NCBI RefSeq assembly: GCF_006345805.1
Contig: NC_043001.1
Coordinates: forward strand, 30,690,001-30,754,000
Source: Octopus sinensis
Taxonomy: Eukaryota
Length of the DNA stretch: 64,000 nt
Direction: 5' to 3'
The notes under the pieces were generated by a model that worked only from the letters and a program-made list of their open reading frames with translations, was not told where the DNA came from and searched no databases. This document shows positions 1 through 12,122 of this stretch, piece after piece; the stretch's first letter is position 1; the number at the start of each line of letters is the position of its first letter. Position numbers and translations under genes: made by a program.

Positions 1-574
1 ATTCGCACGCTCTGTTCGTTTCGCACGCATATATGCAAGCAATCACAACTTTTACACGTACATTTAAAATCTAGTCTTATATTCAGTGTATAGATTCGAA
101 TATGTTGCAGTATACGCAGCTATAATCTAGATAGATAAGTAGATTGTTATAATTTAATTCTAACAGTCAAGTCTTTGGGGGATTTATTATGAAAGGTATA
201 AAAGTATTGCAGAGTTTGTTTATGGGTCATGTGTTAACACGTAATTCAATGACTCCTCGAAATGAGTTGCACGATGTTAATTACGAAAACTTGAGTGTTA
301 TTTCGACACCTAAACAACATTTAATTGCCAGTACAAATGCTGTATTAAATTTACAACTTAGAAACCACTTCAGATCATTTCTCTTATTTACCAACTCGTG
401 TTACACTTTCATAACATCTTTATTATAAATGAAAAGGAAAATCGTAATGACTGAGCGGATAAGGTCTCGGTGTCACCCCTGAAGAATTGTTCATATCCTG
501 GCAACTGGTATTATGCTGTGTGTCCTTAACCCCCCACTTCCCATCCAATTGCTGTAGTTTTATATATATATAGC

Positions 575-774
575 GTGGAGGCGCGTGGCTTAGTGGTTAG
601 GGTGTCAGCATTATGATCGTAAGATTGTGGTTTCGATTCCTGGACCGGGCGACGCGTTGTGTTCTTGAGCAAAACACTCAGCTGGCAAAAATGAGTAACG
701 CTGCGATGGACTGGCGTCCCATCCAACTGGGGAACACATACGCCATGGAAACCGGGCCAATGAGCCTGGCTAGG

Positions 775-778
<4 letters not shown>
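575..778 (+). mobile_element. tRNA-derived SINE, family C
   Basis: A-box-like TGGCTTAGTGG and B-box-like GGTTTCGATTCC, core GTGTTCTTGAGCAAAACAC. Flanked by (TA)n. Homologous copies at 19713, 37692 and 44545. Confidence 0.8.
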
Positions 779-822
<44 letters not shown>

Positions 823-826
823 TATA

Positions 827-1195
827 TGTAAGGGAGAATCAAAAATTATACGCACTCTTGTATTTACACAAAAGCAGGGGATAAACAAGTACGTCATTTC
901 TCTATATAATCTCCTTCCTTTTCGATGCACTTGGTCCAGTGGTCCACAAGCTTGCATATTCCCTCCAAGAAGAAGGTTTCCTGTTGGTCTTGCAACCATT
1001 TATGCACCGCTTCCTTCACATTTTCATCCGTAGGAAATCGACGACCCCGTAAATCATCTTTGAGAGGTCCAAAGATATGATAGTCGGAAGGAGCGAGATC
1101 TGGGATGTAGGCAGGGTGTTCCACCCATATATTTATGCTGCGATTCTCTAAAGTACTTGAGATGCAAGATGGTTGAAAGTCAGTAAGTAATATTA
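827..1195 (-). mobile_element. Mariner transposon 3' remnant (transposase C-terminus plus terminal repeat)
   Basis: ORF 894-1223 contains HPAYIPDLAPSDYHIFGPLK...GDYIEK, matching the mariner HPPYSPDLAPSDY motif. TIR-like AAGGGAGAATCAAAAATTATACGCAC abuts (TA)n at about 827-865. Confidence 0.9.
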
Positions 1196-1199
1196 GTTT

Positions 1200-1406
1200 C
1201 AAATGTTGGCACAAGGCCAGCAATTACGGGGTGAGGGTAAGTCGATTACATTGATCCCGGGGCTCAACTGGTACTTATTTTATCGACCCCCGAAAGTACG
1301 AAAGGCAATGTCGATTTCGGCAGAATTTGAACCCAGAACGTAAAGACGGACGAAATATCTCTAAGCATTTCGCCCGACGTGTTAGCGATTCTGCCAGCTC
1401 GCTGCC
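1200..1406 (-). mobile_element. tRNA-derived SINE, family A (monomer)
   Basis: Reverse complement of GGCGAGCTGGCAGAA...GTTCAAATTC...CTTTCGGGGGTCGATAAAATAAGTACCAG, shared with many copies in the window. Confidence 0.8.
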
Positions 1407-1409
1407 TTG

Positions 1410-2130
1410 ATTCTGGAAGTACAATTGCTGAGAAGTTATTTCAACTTGATTGTATATTTAATTTTAATTTGAAGCAGTCTGAACCAGCAAGTATTTTCCT
1501 CTGGTATACAGGAATTGGTTTTCGTAAGAATTTCCTGTTATGGAGAGTAATACCTCTCCCAGAACCTTCGATTGGTATCTGATATTGATCAAACTGACGT
1601 TTCTAAATTACTGATCCTGTCATTCCATTCTTATTTCTGTATTGCCCACAAGGGGCTAAACATAGAGGGGACGAACAAGGACAGACAAACGGATTAAGTC
1701 GATTACATCAACTCTAGTGCATAACAGGTACTTTATTTATCGACCCCGAAAGGATGAAAGGCAAAGTCGACCTCGGCGGAATTTGAACTCAGAACGTTAC
1801 GGCAGACGCAATACCTATTTCTTTACTACCCACAAGGGACTAAACACAGAGAGGACAAACAAGGACAGACAAACGGATCAAGTCGATTATATCGACCCCA
1901 GTGCGTAACTGGTACTTATTTAATCGACCCCGAAAGGATGAAGGACAAAGTCGACCTCGGCGGAATTTGAACTCAGAACGTAGCGACAGACGAAATACTG
2001 CTAAGCATTTCGCCCGGCGTTCTAACGTTTCTGCCAGCTCGCCGTCTGTCATTCCACTCTGGAGGATTTATTCCGGTTTGTGATCTGGTTTTATCTCCAA
2101 CAATGATGAAAGTTGCTTGATATGATCCAA
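1410..2130 (-). mobile_element. Ty3/Gypsy-like LTR retrotransposon pol 3' remnant, split by a SINE
   Basis: After removing SINE 1632-2045, the minus strand reads IIVGDKTRSQTGINPPEWNDR / KRQFDQYQIPIEGSGRGITLHNRKFLRK. This resembles the post-integrase QY.I..DGSGR.T.RNR.FLR motif. Frameshifted. Confidence 0.7.
1632..2045 (-). mobile_element. SINE family A, dimeric form
   Basis: Two body+tail units. TSD CTGTCATTCCA(T/C)TCT at 1617-1631 and 2046-2060. Confidence 0.85.
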
Positions 2131-3259
2131 AAGTCATTCAGTTTATGCGCCGATTGCGAAGATCATTCTTTGAAGAGAATATTTCCTGCTGTCTTATGGC
2201 GGTTATATATGCTTGTGTCTCAGAGTGTCACTTTGTCTATTTGCTTGGAGGCTGATTGTACTAATAAATGATAAATAGTAATTACTTGTGTATAATCTGT
2301 AATCTCGGAGAATGTTACAGCGTGCAAAAAATCGAAGAGAACACTTTCATTTTCCTGTATTGACTTCTTTTGTTTCGCTAACGTTGATCTGAATTTGTTT
2401 CTGCATGTTTTTGAAAAGTATCGTTCACAGAAAATTGGATGGGAAAATGTTATGTGAGATTTAGAGATGAAGCAAGCAGAAATGGCAGCCTGGAAGTGAG
2501 TAGAAAAGAGCTACGGATTTCTAGCAGATAAGACCGAAATAATCGTGGGAGCCGTAGAGTGAAGTATGTGAGGGCGCGTTTGCGTACGTATGTGCAGAAG
2601 CGAATAAAGAATCATGTATAGGAGAATGGTTATGTATGTGTGTGTGTGTGGGGGGGGGGGAGGATATGCGCACAGGTAATAATAAAGAATAAATGTGTTA
2701 GTGGCGGGAATAAGACGCCATACTATGTGGTTAGTATTACCAAAGATACATAGATCGGATAAACCGTTATTCTCAATGAAGCCAGGAAACAAGAGAACAT
2801 AGTGTTTGTTGTACCAGCCGCAAGATGCTGGTAGGAATAACCCCGAGAACTGAAGTGATAGGTTACAGGCTTGAGTAATCCAGTGTTGTTATGCTAAGCG
2901 TCCAATAAACGTTCCCTAAAATGATCAACTAACGGTCGACCATTTTCTGCTGGGAACGGAAAGCTTAGACCAGATTCGATCTGCTAAACTTTCGATTCGT
3001 TTATAGTGAATCTCGCTTCCTACTTGTTATCCTCTCGTTAACTATAGTAAGGAAAGGGAACTTCTGTTTGATCCTTTTGAACTCTGTCTCATTAAATCAT
3101 CGGCTTAACTCCTTGATATAAGCAGAGACAGAGTTCATTCCTTGAATACTATTATCAGTCTAACAAACAAACCAACAAACTGTCACAACACATGCATTCA
3201 TCCAAATTCCTGTTGAACCAACACGCACACTTGCATTATACATTTCCTGATATATTGCT

Positions 3260-3560
3260 CAGCTGGCTACGGCTGACAGTAGCCGGTATGGGCCCCTATC
3301 CAGGGTTACGGAAAGGAGACAACCTTCAAAGAAATCCGGAGTGGAGCCCCGTAGGTGGTTTAGTGTTCGACTCGACACTTTTCCGGCAGCTACTGCAACC
3401 AAGCTGGTGCCAAACGTAATGCTCTGCACTCCTTTGGACTACGTCAGCAAGGTCAACAGAGGAATCCTGACGATTGGGCAACCCAGGATTTTCTCACATC
3501 TAGCCCAGGCCTGCGCAAAACTGGAGAGGACATGAAATGTAAAAACCAGACTGGATTAGT
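3260..3560 (+). mobile_element. Probable RTE-type LINE 5' UTR fragment
   Basis: GC-richer island containing GCAGCTACTGCAACCAAGCTGGTGCCAAACG...CCTTTGGACTAC...GACGATTGGGCAAC, which resembles RTE 5' UTRs from memory only. Confidence 0.4.
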
Positions 3561-3625
3561 TTATGCGCAACTCCATTGTCTCCCGAGACAAAAGGATGCC
3601 AACAACAACGTATGTTGCTATAGAT

Positions 3626-3889
3626 CATTGGTTCTTAGCCGGGATCCATATGTGCCTTGTGGGGGTCAGTACAAGATTTTGTTGTTAAAATTTATGAGTA
3701 ATAAATTACTTATACTTTTACAATACACAAAATATTATAACAATTTTTTAAAATACAATTTCTAATAATATTTAATAATAAAAATACAATAGGATTTTTA
3801 AAAATATCGAATGGATTGGAGGGTCCATCTGAGTAAAATAGGAATCAAAGGGGGTCTATAGATTAAAAAAATATGGTCGAGAAACACTA
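3626..3889. mobile_element. hAT (Charlie-like) MITE
   Basis: Ends CATTGGTTCTTAGCC / GGTCGAGAAACACTA resemble CAGTGGTTCTCAACC TIRs. 8-bp TSD CTATAGAT (3618-3625) / CCATAGAT (3890-3897). Confidence 0.7.
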
Positions 3890-4239
3890 CCATAGATTTA
3901 AATATACTCGAATCGGCATTTAGAATAAATGTTTGCAAAGGTTTTGCAAAAATTCATCTCAAACGACAAATCGCATGATTGTTTACAATCGTTACAAAAG
4001 CAATTTTACATTTGGTGACTCCTGTTTGCACACATTTACACCCGATATACAACATACCAAAGAGTTAGCATTTGATGTAGTAGCTGACATTTTTTAAAGT
4101 GCATTTAAAGTACCTCATGATAGAAAGATGATCTAGGATTGTGTAGGATTGTGGTATTATACGCAAGGTGTCAAGTATTGTAACACAAGCGAGCGCATGC
4201 AAAGGTGTGGAAAAAAACTGGAGGAACTGGGTGTGAACC

Positions 4240-4760
4240 AGAAAAATCATCCATTTTGAAGTCGCTGCTGTAAGAAGGGGAAATGGTATTTAGGAAAGCT
4301 GTAGGCGGTAGCAGAGTTGGATTCGCAGACACGGAAGTTTTTGCAGAATGGAGCATTGGAGTAGTCAAATGGTGGAATGGAAAGTAAAGCAGGAAGTAAA
4401 AGTAGTTGGTGGAAGGACGAGTAGAAGATAGAATGGTGGAGTTGCGGTCAATAGCGAAGACACGACAATGAGCAGCGTCGATGGCAATTGGGGAATAACC
4501 AAGCTGTTGGAAGAAGTCGACCATTTATGTCTAATCTAGCTTTGAAACCAAAGTCTCGGTTATTAAAATGGCACTGACGGAAGACTTAGGCGTAAGGTAT
4601 GGCAAATTTGGTGAGAGTAGGGTGAGATGAGATAAAAGAAAGCTAGAAACAGAGTTCTGGTTTTGAAAGACAGAGTAGGTGTACTTGAGAAGTGGTAGAG
4701 ATGGAAGAGGTGAATTTTAAGCCAGAGTGGGAGGAGTTAAGAAAAGCAATGAAGGAAATG
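4240..4760 (-). mobile_element. Decayed Jockey/CR1-like LINE 3' region
   Basis: Purine-rich + strand. Minus translation ...LLPPTAFLNTISPSYSSDFKMD loosely resembles the WNSLP..FP..YDL..FK LINE C-terminus. Confidence 0.35.
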
Positions 4761-4860
4761 TGCAGTTTGCTGGTGAGAGAAGAGGTGCTAATACAGGTAC
4801 CCATGTAACGATTCTGTATAGCACACGGGAAGGTGCTGGTGGAAAAGAGCATGAATTATG

Positions 4861-5038
4861 GGGGGGAGGGGGCCAGTCGATTAGATCAACCTCAGTATGC
4901 AAGTGGTACTTAATTTATCGACCCCGAAAGGATGAAAGGCAAAGTCGACCTCGGTGGAATTTGAACTCAGAACGTAAAGACAGACGAACTATCGCTAAGC
5001 ATTTCGCCCGGCGTGCTAACGTTTCTGCCAGCTCGCCG
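4861..5038 (-). mobile_element. SINE family A (monomer)
   Basis: Near-consensus reverse copy ending CTGCCAGCTCGCC. Confidence 0.85.
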
Positions 5039-5695
5039 GCTTGCTGGTCAAATATATCAAGTTCAAATCGGTTGGGAAAGCGAGCTGTGACAAATTGATT
5101 TCTTTTGGCAGTCTCCCTTCTTTCATCCATAGGGATGCATTTTCCAGTTAGCTATTTTCGTCGAATTCAGAGAGCAGTAATTCCTCCAAACCTCTTTGTA
5201 AGCTGCTTCTTGTTCATAAAGCGCTTGAATTTATATATACATACATACACACAGGCACACATATACATATATATGTAAAGGGCCTGAATTTATAGTTTAA
5301 AGTCTACAATGGAAAGAATGTGAATGGAATCCTAAACTGAAACATTTTCAACAAAACAGAACCATTCCCGAGAGGCACAACAGTCGCAAATTGCCTACGT
5401 CTATGAGAAATTTATCGTAGCTCTTAAGTTTACTCTGCAGTGAATTTGTATTACGTTGTAAATATCATTCACTCTATTGTGAATATGTAACTAATGATTT
5501 CCATGAAACGTGAACAGAATCCACAAGATACAAAAAGTATATTCTGCACATCTAACTTCAAACCACCGGAGGAAATCGCTTTAGAGGTATCAATTTCTGA
5601 AATTTTCTTTGCTCCAGCTGTGAAAGTTCGTCTAGGTGACCCGTACAAATAAATAAATGAATAAATAAACGCACCAATCTTTTCATCGTATTTCT

Positions 5696-6075
5696 TATCT
5701 TTTACTTGCTTCAGTCATTAAACCGCGGCCATGCTGGAGCGCCGCCTTAAAGAAATTTTAGTCGAATGAATCTACCCCAGTATTTATTTTTTTAAAAGCC
5801 AGGCTCTTATCCTATCGGTCTTTTATACTTATGTACCCGCTAAATTACGGGTACGTAAGTACACCAGCACCAGTTGTCAGGTGGTCGTGGAGGACATACA
5901 CACACACACACTTATACGGCGGGCTTCTTTCAGTTTCCATCGACCAAATCCACTCACAAAGCTTTGGTTGGCCCGAGGCTTTTGGAGAAGACACTCGCCT
6001 AAAATGCCACGTAATAGAACTGCACCCGGAACTACGTCATTGAGAAGTAAACTTCTTACCATACAGCTACGCCTG
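5696..6075 (-). mobile_element. tRNA-derived SINE, family B
   Basis: TTTACTTG.TTCAGTCAT...CATGCTGGAGC...GGGCTTCTTTCAGTTTCC...AATCCACTCACAA...CAGCTACGCCT; homologous to 62565-62962. Confidence 0.8.
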
Positions 6076-6186
6076 CATCAAAATATATGTTGAATACCTG
6101 TGATCGACTTGCAGGTGTCCTTGAATATATGTGATAAGGTATTTCAGTACATATTGATTTCAGTTCTACACTAAACCTCAGCTAAA

Positions 6187-6598
6187 GGATCTTTTCGGTT
6201 TGAACGGCAGTTTTTTCTAGCGGTGTCATATGAAATTGTCACCCATAATTATGACCCTAGTATCGATCTATTGCATTTCAATCTGTTTTAGGGTTAGGGG
6301 TGAGGAGAAGGGTATCTTTTTTTTCTTCAGAAATGTAAATAAACCCAATCTGTTTCTTAAACGAGGGACATATTCATACAGCACAGAATGTTTTCACCTC
6401 GATAGACGTCATTGATTGGTTGAAATTGCAGAAATTGAAGAAAAACAACAACAAATATCTTAGAAACTATAGAATTTTCTCAATAAATCCAAGAGAAAAA
6501 GTTGTTTTATAAACACATTCTACCAGCATACGAGGTTTAAAAGTGTTTAGTTACGTGGAAATTATTTTTAAAAACTGCCGTTCAAACCGAAAAGATCC
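6187..6598. mobile_element. MITE with 28-bp perfect TIR and 8-bp TSD (Merlin-like or hAT)
   Basis: TIR GGATCTTTTCGGTTTGAACGGCAGTTTT / AAAACTGCCGTTCAAACCGAAAAGATCC. TSD CAGCTAAA at 6179-6186 and 6599-6606. Confidence 0.9.
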
Positions 6599-6793
6599 CA
6601 GCTAAAAGTAAAATTTTTCTGCTGGAATCGATCGAGATTACTTTGGATAATAGTTTAAAAGATAGCAATAAAAGAAGATTGATGTAATAAACATCTAAAT
6701 CAATAGTATTAAATGGACTAAATGGCTTATTACAGTCGAACAGTTTTTGCATTTCAGAAGCTTCTCTCCTAGACGACCAGTTGTTTATAGCAA

Positions 6794-7193
6794 ACTAGCA
6801 GTATCGCCCGGCGTTGCTCGGGTTTGTAAGGGAAATAACTATATAAGCATTTTTAGAGAGTTATGGCCAAAAAATAGCAAAAAAATGCATTAAAATGGAA
6901 AAAAAAATGATGGGTAAATTTTTTAAAAAATCGTTGACTCATCGTAGACATTTTTAGAGAGTTACTTCCCTTATATAATAGCGAAAAAATGCATTAAAAT
7001 GGAAAAAATGATGGTAAATTTTTTTAAAAATCGTAGACTCATCGTAGACGTGCGCTAATACTCAGAAGGGCTCGATATGAATCACGACTATAAGATACCC
7101 GGTTTTGCTTAAACTGCACCGCAAAATGTGGGAGTAGTTAGGAATCTAAATCGTAGGAGACAGACACACAACTTCACTTTCATATATAAAGAT
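6794..7193 (+). mobile_element. Helentron-associated (HINE/DINE-1-like) non-autonomous element
   Basis: 5' ACTAGCAGTATCGCCCGGCGTTGCTCGGG hairpin end; 3' CAGACACACAACTTCACTTTCATATATAAAGAT; internal ~105-bp tandem subrepeat; sister copy at 9048-9436. Confidence 0.65.
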
Positions 7194-7712
7194 ATGAGTA
7201 TCTTCATGTCACGCGACATATCCATCTATAAATTTTGCTACGGTTGTTTGTATTGCTTACTATACACAGCAATTGAATCTCAGAAATCTTTTCGGTTTCA
7301 TTTAACGACGAAATTTGCTTTGGTTACAAACTTATTTGATGGGCATCTCTCTGGCAGTGATTTTCATCAATTTTTCCATATTGTGTTCTCTCTTCTGTAC
7401 ATATGGCAGGCAGCCGGTTATAATTTCTGACTTAGTCCAGCATCGCCAATGAAGTCTACATCAAACTTGTTTCCAATACAGTTTCCTTATAACTGACTGG
7501 AATATCTCAGACATTTTATTTTATCAGCTGCATCTTACTTTTGAATCCTACAGACACACGACCAGGTGGATACTTTGTATCCAGAGGTCCTTTTCCATAA
7601 ACATTGTCAAATTTATGGCCACTATATCAACCAGATTCAGTATCTGCATTTAGCTGTGAGAACAGTGTAATTATGGGACCCTTGAAAAAAAAAAATCCAT
7701 CGTCCCCCCCCA

Positions 7713-7928
7713 TCTCTTTACTCTTTTACTTGTTTCAGTCATTTGACTGTGGCCATGCTGGAGCACCGCCTTTAGTCGAGCAAATCGACCCTAGGACTTA
7801 TTATTTGTAAGCTTAGTACTTATTCTATCGGTTCTCTTTTGCCGAACCGCTAAGTTACGGGGACGTAAACACACCAGCATCAGTTGTCAAGCGATGTTGG
7901 GGGGACAAACACAGACACACAAACATAT

Positions 7929-7959
<31 letters not shown>

Positions 7960-8091
7960 ACTTCTTTCAGTTTCTGTCTACTAAATCCACTCGCAAGGCT
8001 TTGGTCGGCCCGAGACTATTATAGAAGACACTTGCCCTAGGAGCCACGCAGTGGGGACTGAACCCGGAACCGCACAGCTACTCCTACGCCT
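7713..8091 (-). mobile_element. SINE family B
   Basis: Near-consensus reverse copy with internal (CA)n(TA)n. Confidence 0.85.
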
Positions 8092-9047
8092 ATCTGCAGA
8101 ATTTCTTTTTAATACATAAATAAGAACATTGCATTAGAAAGTAGAGCATTCACTATGCATGAAATATGAATAACTCGAATTATTGGATATAGTAGCAGAC
8201 ATGAAATCTTACTTTCAGCAGAGCACATGCAGATTAAAAATCATGCCTACGACCTAATTCTAAACATTAATCCACTTTTAGACGTTCATGTGGCATATGT
8301 TATGTTTCTTACCTTGTTAGCATCACGTCATGATTGACTTAATGCCTTGTTCATTCTAGTCTGACAAGATAATTAACCAACAGATGGAAAATGGTTCTGT
8401 TTTGCTATTTGTATGTGTGCGTGTGTTGATCCTAAGAGTTTAGTAATTTCATACTTGTAAGTAAATGTGAAATAAATCTGTACTTACATGATGTTTTCGA
8501 AAAACAAATAACAAAGGAAAATAATCTAAAAACGGTTTTAAATAGCGTCGTCGTCTCATTTACTTGACAAAATGAAGTCATAATTGTACATTTCAGGTTG
8601 ATTACTTTGCATTTCGGGAACACTGCGCACTTATTTTATTTATTGCCTTAAGCTGTCTTAAAAAAAAGATAAAAGCCCAACCACTTTGAATGACATTAAT
8701 CCGGGGTACACAGTACCTGAAAACATATTTTAAAATCATGTCTTGATCTGTTCGATGAGTGCTAATACCAGGCCGAACAGCAACATTAGGTTGTATCCGG
8801 TATTGACAGAAACGTTGTCTATAGCATATTTTACTCGCAACGGACACATTCATCGAGTTATGAGTAATTATTGCAAAAGCAATAACTTATATGAGTTCCA
8901 TTACTCATACAGTCCAATTACTCATATAGAACACTTTGCCTGTCTATCGCAGGCAAGGTTTAATTTCAAAGGCAAGAAAGACTGGAAGGAGCAAAAATTA
9001 GTTTCCCTGCTTGCATTTACCAGATGACTGATATCTCTTTATTTTCA

Positions 9048-9436
9048 ACTAGCAGTATCGCCCGGCGTTGCTCGGGTTTGTAAGGGAAATAACTATATAA
9101 GCATTTTTAGAGATGTAAAGCCATCTCAATATGGCTTACCACAAAGGGGGTGTTACTGTAGCTTTTTACGTTCTGAGATTTAATAATACATTTTTAGAGA
9201 GTTACTTCCCTTATATATGCCAAAAAATGCATTAAAAGTGGGAAAAAATTATGGTAATTTTTTTTTTAAATCGTAGACTCATCGTAGACGCGCGCTAATA
9301 TCCAGAAGGGCTCGATATGAATCACGACTATAAGATACCCGCTTTTGGTTAAACTGCACCGCAAAATGTGGGAGTAGTTAGGAATCTAAATCGTAGGAGA
9401 CAGACACCACACAACCTCAATTTTATATATATAGAT
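9048..9436 (+). mobile_element. HINE/DINE-1-like element, sister of 6794-7193
   Basis: Same 5' end (ACTAGCAGTATCGCCCGG...) and near-identical 3' ~200 bp; different middle. Confidence 0.65.
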
Positions 9437-9984
9437 GTCTACTTCATATTCCGATAGAGTGAGGTTCGGGGAAAATAAAAACAAGTGCCGTTTTTGCGAA
9501 TTCCTACCATACTTGGAGAAGTATGAAGGTAAAATTAACATTCATTATTGTTTGAAATGTTGCACTGTCGAATCCATAGTCTGTGCAACTGTGCTAATAA
9601 TTGCGCTGTCTAACGATCCAACGTTATATTGCCTACTTTGAGAAATTGCATTGCTCTCATATAAAACTATAAATACAAATATTCTTTTTTAATTTTGTTC
9701 CTCATGAACCCAAGCAGTAGTGTAGCTAGAAGGGGACGAGGAGATGGTTGGCTCCGGGCGACGCTTTTATGGGGACAATACTTTTGGGTTTACTGTATAA
9801 GGGTCGGGATGTGATGAGTGGCTAAAACAAGGGCTTCTTCGATTGGCCACTGAATCAAGGGACCTTTTAAAACCTGTGTCTACTTTCAGTTATTAGATAC
9901 AAAGTAAGCGAGAGAAACGTTTCCTCGTGGATAGGATGCTGGAGCATCGTAGATGATACCCCTTGGTGATCTGGCAACTAACTA

Positions 9985-10425
9985 GGATCTTTTCGACATA
10001 CAATTTCTCCGAATCTTCGTCAACAACAATTATTTGCGGTGTCATATGAATTTGTCACTGTTATTTATGAGAAAAAAGATACCCTGTGGCCTTAAACTGA
10101 GGGGTCATTCGTAAACAGAGCTGGATAACAAAACCGTTCCCTCTTTAGTGTCCACCCATAATTATGACCCTAGTATCGATCTATTGCATTTCAATCTGTT
10201 TTAGGGTTATGGTTAGGGTTAGGATTGAAAATGTTGTTGACAAGCTACGGCAGAAATTGTATTCATCTCAATAGGCGGCATTGATTGGTTGAAATTGCCG
10301 AAATGCAAGAAATTAAACAACAAATAGCTTACAAACTACAGAATTTTCTCAAGAAAGCCAAGTTTAAAAGTGTTTAGTTACAAAGAAATTATTTTAAAAA
10401 TCTGCCAGTCAAAGTGAAATGATCC
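9985..10425. mobile_element. Older copy of the GGATC-TIR MITE
   Basis: Ends GGATCTTTTCG / GAAATGATCC. TSD ACTAACTA / ACTAACAT (6/8). Shares CCCATAATTATGACCCTAGTATCGATCTATTGCATTTCAATCTGTTTTAGGGTTA with 6187-6598. Confidence 0.75.
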
Positions 10426-10660
10426 ACTAACATGCAGTTAGGGGAACTGAGGTGAGATAGAATAAAGTTTCTTCTCAGAAACACATAGAAATGTATGCAG
10501 GTTATTTGAACAAACGACTATAAACAAGTTGTTTGAAAATTAAGATACATGTAAACGCTCTCGTTCACACACATCACCAATTATCTTGGTGTATATGAAC
10601 TGGTATGTATTCGTATATAGAGATATTGTGTAAGAAATCATTACTATTGAAATCAAAGTT

Positions 10661-10859
10661 GGCGAGTTGGCTGAATCGTCAGCACGCCGGGCAAAATGCT
10701 TAGCGGCAATTCGTCCGGCTTTAAGTTCTGGGTTCAAATTTCGCCGAGGTCGACTTTGCTATTTATCCTATCGGGGTCGATAAAATAAGTTTCAGTTGAG
10801 CACTGGGGTCAATGTAATCGATTTAGCCCATCCCCCGAAATAGCTGGCATTGGGCCAAA

Positions 10860-10860
<1 letters not shown>
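10661..10860 (+). mobile_element. SINE family A (monomer)
   Basis: GGCGAGTTGGCTGAATCG...GGGTTCAAATTTCG...GTCGACTTTGC. Confidence 0.8.
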
Positions 10861-10907
<47 letters not shown>

Positions 10908-11155
10908 GGTAGGATTTATGTGGGCAGCGGGATATACTACCTGTAACCTTAGGTATTCACTAGTTTTCAACAGTCTTTCAAGTGCTTAGAACCCTCCTGA
11001 TAGTCTTTCCTGTCCCTGAGAGGCAAATTTTTTGTAGAAGCTCTACAGGACATTCTATTCCAATCTTCTTCAACCATTTGTCTATATATTTGCCTACAGT
11101 TCCCAATGCACCAATTATTACAGATACAACCTTTAGTTTCCATATTCCAAGTTAT
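10861..11155 (-). mobile_element. R4/Dong-clade non-LTR retrotransposon 3' end in (TAA)n
   Basis: Minus frame KVVSVIIGALGTVGKYIDKWLKKIGIECPVELLQKICLSGTGKTIRRVLST* matches the RLE-element C-terminus (V.P..IGALG...LQK..LLGT..I.R.VL). (ATT)n on both sides. Confidence 0.8.
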
Positions 11156-11159
11156 TATT

Positions 11160-11300
11160 ATTACCTCCGCCTTCGCTAAGGCGGAAGTATTGTTTTCAGT
11201 CGTGTTTGTTTGTCTGTGGATAAGATATCTCAAGAACCGCTGGATGAACTCGGATGAAACTTTCAGAGATGTTTTGGCCTCGCGACTGGCACAAACTGAT
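11160..11300 (+). mobile_element. 5' fragment of a DINE-like/Crypton-like non-autonomous element
   Basis: TTACCTCCGCCTTCGCTAAGGCGGAAG hairpin, then TGTTTGTTTGTCTGT...GATATCTCAAGAACCGCTGGATGAACTCGGATGAAACTTT. Confidence 0.4.
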
Positions 11301-12087
11301 TAGACACAGAAGAAGTAAAGACGAAGGAAGAACGAAAGTGGCAAAGGAGGGGAGTAACGGGTTTGTCAGCCCCAAAAAGAGAGAAAAAAAAAGGCAGAAT
11401 CAAGAGAACACTCGCAAGGACCAGCAGCAGAAACAGAGAGGACGCCCCCCAAAGGTAGGGAGCCGCTTAAACTCAAGCATACGCATACAGTAGAGACGGA
11501 ACCAAGAGAGAAAGAATTTAGACATAAAATATTCTTGATCTTCTATGTAAAGAATGTGGAGTTAGTATCCAAGTAGAAGGGATTAGTAAGGGCAAAGCTG
11601 CTTAGGGAGAAATTCAAGGAGAATGAAGGGTGTGTTCTATTGAATGACGAAAGATACGAAGTATTCATGGATTCATATCGTGAATTGGTGACTATGATTG
11701 ACGGGCCTGTGTTGTACGATACCCTGCCGCCCGTGGAGGAATATGAAGAGTTGAGAAATTTTAGATTATTAATTTAGATTATTATGAGAAATTTTATTAT
11801 TATTACGACTATAAGTAAAGTAGCAAACTGATAAAATTGCTAGCACGCCGGGCAAAATACTTAGCGCCATTTAATCTGTCTTTACGTTCTGAGTTCAAAT
11901 GCCGTCGAAGCAGACGTTACCCTCATTCTTTCGGAGTTAATAAAGCAAGTACCAGTCGAATAACAGAATGCCAGAATACCAGAATAAGCCTTTTGCCTAA
12001 AATAAAAAGAATAATTATTAAAGCCATTTCTAGAAAAGTGTGCATATCTGTCAGTTCTTCCTTCTCTTTTGTGAAGATGACAGCTTT

Positions 12088-12089
<2 letters not shown>

Positions 12090-12122
<33 letters not shown>

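Noticed and set aside
8490-8716. Minus-strand acceptor/donor pair (TTTTCAG at 8717, GTAAGT near 8487)
   Set aside because: All frames close or lack similarity; cannot be supported without RNA data.
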